A stretch of DNA of 64,000 nucleotides from an uncultured Gammaproteobacteria bacterium. Lineage in GTDB: Bacteria; Patescibacteriota; Patescibacteriia; Magasanikbacterales; GWA2-37-8. A model generated the notes under the pieces. That model saw only the letters and a program-made list of their open reading frames with translations, searched no databases and had not been told where the DNA came from. The stretch's first letter is position 1. Each line of letters opens with the position of its first letter. The translations under genes and the position numbers were made by a program. This document shows, piece by piece, positions 18,661 through 26,627 of the stretch. The stretch spans positions 17,055 through 81,054 of the forward strand of contig CAYUHX010000001.1 in the NCBI GenBank assembly GCA_964444705.1. The letters are read 5' to 3'.

Positions 18661-19086
18661 ATGGCCAAAAAACTAGTCACTCAAATCAAGCTCCAAATCG
18701 TTGGTGGAGCTGCAAATCCAGCGCCTCCAGTTGGTCCAGCGCTCGGTCAACACGGCTTAAATATCCAAGGTTTTTGTAAAGAATTCAACGACAAAACCCA
18801 AGATAAAAAAGGTGAAGTTGTTCCAGTTGTCATTAATGTGTATGCCGACCGCACGTTCGACTTTATCATGAAAATTGCCCCCATGGCCGAACTTATTAAA
18901 AAAGCTGCGAACATCAAAAAAGGTTCTGGCAAACCACTTCAAGAAAAAGTGGGTAAAATCACCAGAGCACAAATCAAAGAAATTGCTGAAAAGAAAATGC
19001 CAGATCTTAACTGCCACACCGTTGCCGCCGCAATGAAAATGGTAGAAGGAACTGCCCGCCAAATGGGCGTTACCATTGAAGGCTAA
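18661..19086 (+). CDS. rplK: 50S ribosomal protein L11
   Basis: [35 protein letters not shown] is a canonical L11 N-terminal domain. Confidence 0.92.
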   Translation: MAKKLVTQIKLQIVGGAANPAPPVGPALGQHGLNIQGFCKEFNDKTQDKKGEVVPVVINVYADRTFDFIMKIAPMAELIKKAANIKKGSGKPLQEKVGKITRAQIKEIAEKKMPDLNCHTVAAAMKMVEGTARQMGVTIEG

Positions 19087-19096
19087 AAATATTACC

Positions 19097-19129
19097 AAAA
19101 AAAATCCGAGCAATCAGCTCGGTTTTTTT
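19097..19129. terminator. bidirectional rho-independent terminator between rplK (+) and the convergent hypothetical gene (-)
   Basis: AAAAAAAATCCGAGCaatcaGCTCGGTTTTTTT. Confidence 0.6.
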
Positions 19130-20115
19130 GTATTTTTTCGATCAGCTTTTCGTTTTAAAATAGCCCTTCGTGCCTCAACAAGATAATCGGGCAAATCCCC
19201 TTCATGTTCATTAATCTCACTAAGAAAAGCATGATCTTGTTCGGCTGTAGGCAAAGGCTCTTCTTTAAAGGCAATTACTTTTATACCTCCCTGATATTCT
19301 TTAATTTTTAAACCACTTTCAAGACTAACAGTTTCAATGGCTAACTCTGGTTTTATTTTTTTAAGCAGACGAAGTAAGCGACTTTGATCTCTCGCATCTA
19401 AACCAGTTTGTAATACATCGCTTTTAAGCTCCTCATACTCAGATCTTTCTTGAGTGGTTAATATTCCGAGTTGTTCATCAGTAACCACATCAAAATTAAA
19501 AGCATCTATTTGCTTCGCTAATGAAATGCTGGAAGCCATGGTAGCATCAGCATTAATTCCAAAAAAATCTTCAAAAGAAGGGATTTTTTCTGCAATTTTT
19601 AAACGTAAAAAACGATCTAAAGCTTCGGTCCGCGACAGAGGAAACGGTAAATAATAGCGCCTCTTTCCTTCAACCCCTCTACTTTCTACCACCACTTTAA
19701 GCCGCACATACTCACCTGCTGTTACTTCATAAAATTTCAAAAATTCTCTTGCCAAAACTTGGTAAGAAAGATCGTGAGGATTTTTCGCTATTATTTTTTC
19801 TGCTTTTAAACTTAAATCTTGAAGTATTGTTGCACTATGTTCGGTACGAAGATAATCAACGGCCGCATCCATCTCATTGGATAAAAATAATCTTTTTTCA
19901 TCTAGCTGTTTTCGCTCTCCGTTGTGTTTAAATAACTTACTTTTTAAGGAAGGAGTTAACATGGCAGCCGCTTTGCGCCGCACTTTCGCCTCATGCGTTC
20001 CATCAAGCAAAGAAGCGATGAGCTGACAATTTTCAGCCTCAACACGAGGTTCAATCTCAATGGATCGTTCGATTAAAGGGGTTCTGTTAAAAGAACCTCT
20101 AAGTTCAGCACTCAT
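19114..20115 (-). CDS. hypothetical protein (333 aa)
   Basis: Long open frame with coding-like composition and no recognizable motif. It replaces the rplA-rplJ-rplL genes that usually follow rplK. Confidence 0.5.
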   Translation of the reverse strand: MSAELRGSFNRTPLIERSIEIEPRVEAENCQLIASLLDGTHEAKVRRKAAAMLTPSLKSKLFKHNGERKQLDEKRLFLSNEMDAAVDYLRTEHSATILQDLSLKAEKIIAKNPHDLSYQVLAREFLKFYEVTAGEYVRLKVVVESRGVEGKRRYYLPFPLSRTEALDRFLRLKIAEKIPSFEDFFGINADATMASSISLAKQIDAFNFDVVTDEQLGILTTQERSEYEELKSDVLQTGLDARDQSRLLRLLKKIKPELAIETVSLESGLKIKEYQGGIKVIAFKEEPLPTAEQDHAFLSEINEHEGDLPDYLVEARRAILKRKADRKNTKKPS

Positions 20116-20135
20116 ATATTTTTAAATATTCCCAC

Positions 20136-21290
20136 TTAACAAATAAACATGGCGTCTCCAAAACTATAAAACCGGTATTTTTCTTCAACTGCCTGTCGGT
20201 AACAGCTTAAAATAAAATCCTGATCTTGAGCAAAAGCTGACACCAACATAAGGAGCGTTGATTTAGGCAAATGAAAATTGGTGATGAGCGCATCAACGAC
20301 TCTAAACTTAAAACCTGGGGTGATAAAAATATTTATATCTCCTGAATAAGGCAGTACCACTTCTGACCTCGAACGAGTTTCTCCCAATCGAAGCGCAATA
20401 CCCTCTAGCGTGCGCACGGTGGTGGTGCCCACAGATACGATTCGCCTGCCTTCCGCCTTAGCCCGATTAATCAAATCGGCATTTTTGGCAGTAAGTTCAA
20501 CCTCTTCAGCATGCATGGTGTGATTCTCAACCTCTTCAGATTTCACCGGTAAAAAAGTACCCAAACCCACATGCAAAGTTATTTCAGCAAACTCAACTCC
20601 TTTATTTTTTAATTTCTCAATTAACTCGGGAGTGAAATGAAAACCCGCTGTCGGTGCTGCTACCGATCCTTCTTGTTTTGCATACACCGTCTGATATCGA
20701 TCAGCATTGCGTTCTGCAATTACATTTTTTTCATTTTTCACTTCTCCTTTTTCCTTAGAAATATAAGGCGGCAACGGCACTTCGCCATACAAATTTGCTT
20801 TTGCTCGCACCGCCAAATCGTCTTCAGCAAACTGTAACAACACCGTTCCATCATTTTCCTTAAAAAGTACCTCTGCCTCAAAATCCGGTGCAAACCTAAG
20901 CTTCATACCCAAACGCAACTTACGCCCCGGTTTTGCAAGCACCTTCCACACATATTTATTTTCCATCGGACGCACTAAAAAAATTTCTAAAACAGGTGCA
21001 TTTAAAATAGTACCTGTTACATGAAGCCTTTCTTCTTGCCGATCATCTACACCATCACTTGCAACATCGAGCACAACTTCAGCCCTGAGCCGCGCCCTAA
21101 ATACTTTTGAGGTGTTCCATACCAACAAATCACCGGAGGTAAGATGGTCAACAATATCATAGAAATGCTGATGGTATATTTTTTTATTCATCGCATCAAC
21201 TACCATCAAACGAGAGTGGTCACGCAATTCAAGCGGGGCTTGTGCAATCAATTCAGGTGGCAACAAAAAATCAAAATCAGATGTACGCAT
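20136..21290 (-). CDS. queA: S-adenosylmethionine:tRNA ribosyltransferase-isomerase
   Basis: N-terminal FDFLLPPELIAQAPLELRDHSRLMVVD. Core TVYAKQEGSVAAPTAGFHFTPELI and C-terminal SFGDAMFI. Typical QueA length. Confidence 0.88.
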   Translation of the reverse strand: MRTSDFDFLLPPELIAQAPLELRDHSRLMVVDAMNKKIYHQHFYDIVDHLTSGDLLVWNTSKVFRARLRAEVVLDVASDGVDDRQEERLHVTGTILNAPVLEIFLVRPMENKYVWKVLAKPGRKLRLGMKLRFAPDFEAEVLFKENDGTVLLQFAEDDLAVRAKANLYGEVPLPPYISKEKGEVKNEKNVIAERNADRYQTVYAKQEGSVAAPTAGFHFTPELIEKLKNKGVEFAEITLHVGLGTFLPVKSEEVENHTMHAEEVELTAKNADLINRAKAEGRRIVSVGTTTVRTLEGIALRLGETRSRSEVVLPYSGDINIFITPGFKFRVVDALITNFHLPKSTLLMLVSAFAQDQDFILSCYRQAVEEKYRFYSFGDAMFIC

Positions 21291-21328
21291 AATTTTTCTT
21301 CACACATGATCGAATCCAGACCACACAT

Positions 21329-22204
21329 TTATCGTAAATATTTCATACGGTTCGCTGTGTGTCCTTCCAATGTTTTTGCATAATACATTTTTCCATCAGA
21401 TCCGGTTAAAAAATACCAATCTGAATTTTTTTCAGGAAAAAGTGCCGCCTGCAGTGCGCCAAGGCCTGGATTACAAATTGGACCTGGTGGCAATCCTTTA
21501 TATTTGTAAGTATTCCACGGCGAATTAATCTCCCGATCAGCGGCAGAAGTAAACACCGTACCCGTTTTATCAACTGCATAATGCACACTTGAATCAACTT
21601 GAAGCGGCATGCCACGGGCAATGCGACGCCACAAAATATCGGCAACAAGCGCTTGGTCGTGAGCTGTATTCGCCTCACGCTCAACAATGCTTGCCAAGGT
21701 AAGCACACTATTTAAATCAACGGAATCAGCGCTACCGACACGACTGGTAATTGAAGCAATGTCCCCCACTCTCTGCCTTAATTCTTTATCTCTTTCCGTT
21801 ATCAATTTTTGTACCACTTCAAAAAGTGAGGAATTTTTAAAAACTCGATATGTTTGTGGAGCAAGATACCCTTCAAATGAAATTGTCGATGGTTTTTTAA
21901 TTACCTCGGAAAGATCTTCGAGCAAATCAGTCCCCACTGGACCAGCCCGAAGACTGCGCACAACACCAGGTTTTCCAAGCAAAGAAAAGACCTGCTCGGT
22001 CGAGCTTGCAAACCCCTTTAACACCAAATAGTCCGCCACTTGTCGCAAATTCCAACCTGGAATAATTGTGATGTTAACTTCTTCACGCGGCGCAGGTGGC
22101 ACATACGCCGGATGTATTTGACGATATAAAAAATATGCCGCGTACAAAACAGCTCCCACCACGCACACACCCAACACTATTTTTTTAAAAAATGATGAAT
22201 ACAT
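21329..22204 (-). CDS. mltG: endolytic murein transglycosylase MltG (YceG-like)
   Basis: N-terminal TM. YceG signature LASIVEREANTAHDQALVADILWRRIARGMPLQVDSSVHYA and YNTYKYKGLPPGPICNPG. Confidence 0.8.
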   Translation of the reverse strand: MYSSFFKKIVLGVCVVGAVLYAAYFLYRQIHPAYVPPAPREEVNITIIPGWNLRQVADYLVLKGFASSTEQVFSLLGKPGVVRSLRAGPVGTDLLEDLSEVIKKPSTISFEGYLAPQTYRVFKNSSLFEVVQKLITERDKELRQRVGDIASITSRVGSADSVDLNSVLTLASIVEREANTAHDQALVADILWRRIARGMPLQVDSSVHYAVDKTGTVFTSAADREINSPWNTYKYKGLPPGPICNPGLGALQAALFPEKNSDWYFLTGSDGKMYYAKTLEGHTANRMKYLR

Positions 22205-22229
22205 ACTAACTCACTCAATAGTGAATAAT

Positions 22230-22748
22230 TTAGTGTTGTGGTGGAATGAAAGACGCTTCTTTCTTTCCCAAAACAAACTCTCCCCACTCTTTCAAAAAAT
22301 CAGAACTCGACCAGCGTTTATCAAGTCCCACTCCCGTTTCAATCTGAATTCCAAGCTCTTTACACACACTCCACTCAGGAATAGTTGCAACGTCAATTCG
22401 ATCCCCTCCTTTTGTGAACACATGCGGACGCAAGGCACGCAAAGCCTGACACACCGTTGTGTCATTCAAAATTTCAAAAGGGAAAACATAATCCACACCA
22501 CGCACATATGACACAATCGCACAGCGTGTTTCAAGATCCTGAAATGGCCTACCTTTTTTTGTTCGCAAAAAATTATCACCATTCACAATAACAACTAACG
22601 TATCACCAAATTTTTTTGACTCAAGCATACAAGAAAGATGCCCCGGGTGAATGGGATCAAAACCACCACTTGTGCACACAATCTTTCCCAAACGTGGTCT
22701 AATTTTTTCAAACTCATCTAATGAAATGATCGACGCTGGTTTTTCCAT
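22230..22748 (-). CDS. cytidylyltransferase-fold nucleotidyltransferase (RfaE domain II / TagD-like)
   Basis: (H/T)xGH motif GGFDPIHPGHL. VVIVNGDNFLRTKKGRPFQDLETR and FTKGGD resemble the heptose-1-P adenylyltransferase / glycerol-3-P cytidylyltransferase family. Start taken at MEKPAS to avoid overlap with the upstream Nudix gene. Confidence 0.7.
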   Translation of the reverse strand: MEKPASIISLDEFEKIRPRLGKIVCTSGGFDPIHPGHLSCMLESKKFGDTLVVIVNGDNFLRTKKGRPFQDLETRCAIVSYVRGVDYVFPFEILNDTTVCQALRALRPHVFTKGGDRIDVATIPEWSVCKELGIQIETGVGLDKRWSSSDFLKEWGEFVLGKKEASFIPPQH

Positions 22749-22752
22749 AAAA

Positions 22753-23289
22753 TTAAGAATTACATGCGATATAATCCAACGCCCGACGCACGGCAAGCTC
22801 GGCGTAGCCTTCTTCAAATTTTCCTTGGTCAACTAATAATTTCACCTCATCACGAGTCGCCAGCATGACTTCAATCTCTTCAGCATCTTCTAATTCTTGA
22901 CCACCATTTTCTTCTAAACCGCGAGCTAAATAAAAATGAAACAAGCCAGTTGCATATTTGCCTTTAGCCGTAGTGCCAAGCGGAATAATGTGTGCTGTTC
23001 GGTAACCCGCTTCTTCCTGCAACTCTTTTTCTGCTGTCTCAAGGGGCGTAAAGCCAGGTTCCACAAAACCCGCCACAACTGACGTAACAACACGCTGAAG
23101 TGCAATATAAAACTGTTTAACTAAAAGGATTTTCCCAGCACTAGTTTCACCCACCACCATCACCACATCCATAGCTTCTTGCAGAAAAAAAGATTTCTCT
23201 TTTCCTTGATGCGTGAGCATGTGCCACTCAACAATACTAATCCATTTACTCGAAAAAGCCGGTTTGGTTGAAAGTAATTTCCAAGTCAT
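22753..23289 (-). CDS. NUDIX hydrolase (ADP-sugar pyrophosphatase-like)
   Basis: Nudix box GFVEPGFTPLETAEKELQEEAGY (Gx5Ex7REUxEExGU). Confidence 0.8.
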   Translation of the reverse strand: MTWKLLSTKPAFSSKWISIVEWHMLTHQGKEKSFFLQEAMDVVMVVGETSAGKILLVKQFYIALQRVVTSVVAGFVEPGFTPLETAEKELQEEAGYRTAHIIPLGTTAKGKYATGLFHFYLARGLEENGGQELEDAEEIEVMLATRDEVKLLVDQGKFEEGYAELAVRRALDYIACNS

Positions 23290-23296
23290 ACAAATT

Positions 23297-23839
23297 TTAT
23301 AATCCCCACATCACCCCAAGCGGAGACACATATATCACACTTGCCGCTCCTGCAGCAACAAGTAAACCACCTAAAATATCAACTGGATAATGAACCCCTG
23401 CGTACACTCGCCCCCACCCCACCCATACTGCCAACGGAATAAAAAGATATGCACCAGGCAACGCCACCATTCCCGCAACAAATACCATAAGCCACGCACA
23501 CATTGCATGGTCAGAAGGAAATGATTTCCAGTTCATCCACGGCTTGAGCAAACGTCGACTGGTGGGATGTGTGGTGTGAGGTCGCGGCTCACGCACAAAA
23601 ATAGCAAGCAACAAACTCGTTGACTCTCCGAGAACCCAGGCTACAAAAAGTATACCAAATGGTTGTAGAGCAGAAGTTTCTCGACCATAAAAACGCACGC
23701 TCAAAAAGGATAAAAAAATAAACCCGGCCAGCATCATAAAAATGACGACCTCTGCCCCCAGCCAACCAAACCAATCAGCAAAACGATTCTTACCCACTAA
23801 CCGGTTAATGGCTAAAAAAACACGAGTATTTAAACGCAT
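23297..23839 (-). CDS. PAP2-family membrane phosphatase (undecaprenyl-diphosphatase / phosphatidate phosphatase-like)
   Basis: PAP2 motifs REPRP, FPSDHAM (PSGH-like) and YAGVHYPVDILGG (SRx5Hx3D-like). Multiple TM helices. Confidence 0.75.
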   Translation of the reverse strand: MRLNTRVFLAINRLVGKNRFADWFGWLGAEVVIFMMLAGFIFLSFLSVRFYGRETSALQPFGILFVAWVLGESTSLLLAIFVREPRPHTTHPTSRRLLKPWMNWKSFPSDHAMCAWLMVFVAGMVALPGAYLFIPLAVWVGWGRVYAGVHYPVDILGGLLVAAGAASVIYVSPLGVMWGL

Positions 23840-23984
23840 ACACTATCCGTTAATAGTAACAGGTCTAATCCCGGCTGGCAAATTCGTATTCTTGAATAAA
23901 AATGGTGTTTTTGCTAGACTAGACACACTTTTATGTGCCTTTATTTTTCGCCAATTTAAAGGCTTCCGCACCCAATACATTAAT

Positions 23985-24057
23985 GCGCCTGTAGCTCAGG
24001 GGTTAGAGCGCCACCCTTATAAGGTGGATGTCGATGGTTCAATTCCATCCAGGCGCA
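23985..24057 (+). tRNA. tRNA-Ile with anticodon UAU (TAT)
   Basis: Manual cloverleaf fold: 7-bp acceptor GCGCCTG/CAGGCGC, D-stem GCTC/GAGC, anticodon stem CCACC/GGTGG with loop CTTATAA (U33, anticodon TAT, A37), T-stem GATGG/CCATC with loop TTCAATT, discriminator A73. No CCA encoded. Candidate promoter TTGAAT-17-TAGACT about 60 nt upstream. Confidence 0.85.
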
Positions 24058-24083
24058 CATTTATTTTCTAATCACAGATTAAT

Positions 24084-24437
24084 ATGCCTCTCACCTCTCT
24101 TCCTCTGGCCGGCGGAATGAAATTTGGTTCAGGCGCAAATTTGGGTCGAACCGGAATGCCTCCTTCACGCGTCGGCGGCATCGGTAGTATCAACCAAGCA
24201 AAAGGAGGTGCTCTCACCAGTGCCAGTAACCTAGGCAAAAAAATGAACAGCATTAGTCAAAATCAGGGCATAGCTCATGTGTACCAAGTCGGCGATCGCA
24301 CCGGTGTGCAGGGCGCTGGCGGATATGCGGGGCAAGGTAGCAATGTGAGTATTGCTCAAGCCATTAAAAATAAATCTCTCACTCCTCCCGGAACAACCAC
24401 CACCGGCGGAGTAAAACCGATTCTTCCACTTAAATAA
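24084..24437 (+). CDS. hypothetical Gly-rich small protein (117 aa)
   Basis: Open frame only. Composition slightly GC-richer than its surroundings. No SD. Confidence 0.3.
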   Translation: MPLTSLPLAGGMKFGSGANLGRTGMPPSRVGGIGSINQAKGGALTSASNLGKKMNSISQNQGIAHVYQVGDRTGVQGAGGYAGQGSNVSIAQAIKNKSLTPPGTTTTGGVKPILPLK

Positions 24438-24482
24438 ATTTAAATTTCTTTACTCGTTCAATCAGGCCATAATCCTCTCGTT

Positions 24483-25493
24483 ATGAATCCTATCGATTCC
24501 ATCATCGTCCCCACCGACACCAAACCTCAACGACTGGATATTTTTTTGGCCGAATACCTTAAAATAACCCGCTCACAAGTTCAAAAAAAAATCGAGGCTA
24601 ATGAAATTTTTGTGAATGGCACCCTGCCTAAAAAAGCTGGTGACACAATTCATGCTGGAGATAAAATTAGCCCTGTATCATCTACAAAAAAATCACCTAC
24701 AGTGGCCAGACCAACGAAAACTACCACCACGGTGACTCCAAAAGATCTCAAGCCAACTTTCGTCGCCACCACAACTGAATACGTGGTGATAGACAAACCT
24801 TCGGGTCTACTCACCCACCCTACCATGGCACATGAAAAAACTACGCTGGTTTCTTTTCTTGTCAAAAAATACCCATCCATAAAATTGGTCGGAGAAAACG
24901 ATCTCAGACCTGGCATTGTGCACCGTCTCGACAAAGAAGCTTCTGGCCTACTCGTAGCAGCGCGAACAGAAAAAATGTTCAAACATCTCAAAGAACAATT
25001 CAAAAATCGTACCGTAAGCAAAGAGTACCTCGTCCTTGTTCATGGTCGCACTTCTAAAGAAGAAGATACCATCAACTTTCCCCTCGCCCGTTCAGAAAAT
25101 GAAGATCGCATGGCCGCCCGCCCCCGAACTAAAATCAACGCCGATGGGAATGCGGCAGCTCTCCTCCCAGGAGAAAAAGAAGCCCTGACCGAATTTGTGG
25201 TAGAAAAATATTTTGTCAATTTCACCCTATTGCGTGTACGACTACATACTGGCCGCATGCACCAAATTCGTGCGCATCTTTTCGCCTACAACCACCCTGT
25301 GGTTGGCGACCCGCTGTATATTCAAAAAAAACGCAAACGAACCTGGGACGAACGACTGGGCCGCTTATTTCTTCACTGTACCAATTTGGGATTTAATGAT
25401 TTAAAAGGAGAAAAACAAACTTTTAATTCTCCTCTACCAAAAGAATTAGCCGAATTTTTAAACACCCTCGCCCCACAACCAACTAATTCCTAA
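24483..25493 (+). CDS. rluD: RluA-family 23S rRNA pseudouridine synthase (RluD-like) with N-terminal S4 domain
   Basis: S4 domain LDIFLAEYLKITRSQVQKKIEANEIFVNG. Catalytic HRLDKEASGLLVAART. C-terminal HTGRMHQIRAHL. Confidence 0.88.
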   Translation: MNPIDSIIVPTDTKPQRLDIFLAEYLKITRSQVQKKIEANEIFVNGTLPKKAGDTIHAGDKISPVSSTKKSPTVARPTKTTTTVTPKDLKPTFVATTTEYVVIDKPSGLLTHPTMAHEKTTLVSFLVKKYPSIKLVGENDLRPGIVHRLDKEASGLLVAARTEKMFKHLKEQFKNRTVSKEYLVLVHGRTSKEEDTINFPLARSENEDRMAARPRTKINADGNAAALLPGEKEALTEFVVEKYFVNFTLLRVRLHTGRMHQIRAHLFAYNHPVVGDPLYIQKKRKRTWDERLGRLFLHCTNLGFNDLKGEKQTFNSPLPKELAEFLNTLAPQPTNS

Positions 25494-25517
25494 CACATAA
25501 CACTTAACCCCTCACGT

Positions 25518-26078
25518 ATGCCCGGTCTTCTTGTGATCATTTCCTCCACCGTTGGTGGTGGAAAAGATTCTGTCATTCGCGGACTTCTTAATATCTTTCC
25601 TGAAGCTGCTCGCCTGGTTACCACCACCACTCGCGCCCCCCGCCCCGGAGAAATAGATGGCATCGACTATCATTTCATTTCAGTGACAGATTTTCTTTCT
25701 CTCGTAGAAAAAAATCAATTTGTAGAGCATAATTTTCTTGCGAACAACTACTACGGCATCCAAAAAATCCACCTGGAAGAAATGCTCGAAAGACACCCTA
25801 TCGTGCTCGTGCAAGCAGATGTTAACGGCAAACACAACCTAGACCGATTACATATTCCTCATCTTTCAGTTTTTCTTCTACCAGAAAATATCGATATACT
25901 TCGTTCTCGAGCAGCTGCCCGCGGGGGTATGACGCCAGAAATGATTGAAGAACGAGTACAAATCGGCCTCAAAGAAATTGAAGCCGCCAAAGACTACACC
26001 TACAGCCTCGTCAATTATCAAGGCAAACTTGCCGAAACTATTGAAAATATAGCAAAAAACATCCAAAATCGCCTTTAA
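25518..26078 (+). CDS. gmk: guanylate kinase
   Basis: P-loop SSTVGGGKDS. TTTRAPRPGEIDGIDYHFIS and NYYG motifs. Confidence 0.88.
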   Translation: MPGLLVIISSTVGGGKDSVIRGLLNIFPEAARLVTTTTRAPRPGEIDGIDYHFISVTDFLSLVEKNQFVEHNFLANNYYGIQKIHLEEMLERHPIVLVQADVNGKHNLDRLHIPHLSVFLLPENIDILRSRAAARGGMTPEMIEERVQIGLKEIEAAKDYTYSLVNYQGKLAETIENIAKNIQNRL

Positions 26079-26154
26079 ACAACCCATCTATTGACAAAAA
26101 TGAGGTTACCCGCTAAAATAGCACCACTTTTAACAAGTCTCTTATTTCAATGGT

Positions 26155-26493
26155 ATGACTGAAGAAGCAAAAAATCTTACTTTTAAACCCGGAATGGTGG
26201 TAAAAGTGCACCAAAAAATCAAAGAATTTAACACCAAAGGTGAAGAAAAAGAGCGTATTCAAATCTATGAAGGTTTAATCATTGCCGCAAGCCATGGCAC
26301 AGAGGCTGGCGCAACCATTACCGTTCGCAAGGTATCTGAAGGAATTGGTGTTGAAAAAATATTTCCCATTCATTCTCCTGTCATTGCTAAAATAGAACCA
26401 GTACGTCAATTCAAAGTCCGTCGTGCGAAACTCAATTTCGTCCGCGATCCAAAATTCAAACGTAAAATGGACGAAGAAAAAATTGCCGCCTAG
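26155..26493 (+). CDS. rplS: 50S ribosomal protein L19
   Basis: FKPGMVVKVHQKIKEFNTKGEEKERIQIYEGLIIA and VRKVSEGIGVEKIFPIHSP are a canonical L19 pattern. Confidence 0.9.
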   Translation: MTEEAKNLTFKPGMVVKVHQKIKEFNTKGEEKERIQIYEGLIIAASHGTEAGATITVRKVSEGIGVEKIFPIHSPVIAKIEPVRQFKVRRAKLNFVRDPKFKRKMDEEKIAA

Positions 26494-26509
26494 CAAAGCA
26501 CACCAAATC

Positions 26510-26540
26510 AAAAAAACAGGGTTTAAACCCTGTTTTTTTG
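26510..26540 (+). terminator. rho-independent terminator after rplS
   Basis: AAAAAAACAGGGTTTAAACCCTGTTTTTTT, a perfect palindromic hairpin plus T-run. Confidence 0.65.
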
Positions 26541-26579
26541 ATAAGAAGAAGTTCACAAATAGGCATTGCCGTGATTATC

Positions 26580-26608
26580 TTGACATAAGTACAAAAATAT
26601 GGTTAAAT
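26580..26608 (+). promoter_or_regulatory. candidate sigma70-type promoter (TTGACA-17-TTAAAT) for the 910-aa secreted protein gene
   Basis: Consensus -35 hexamer, 17-nt spacer, A/T-rich -10, about 20 nt upstream of the ATG at 26628. Confidence 0.45.
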
Positions 26609-26627
26609 CATAAATTAAAAAAAAATT

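Noticed and set aside
24068-24253. 61-aa minus-strand ORF overlapping the Gly-rich 24084-24437 ORF
   Set aside because: Pro/Arg-rich shadow frame. Neither ORF has strong support. Only the longer + strand one is listed, with low confidence.
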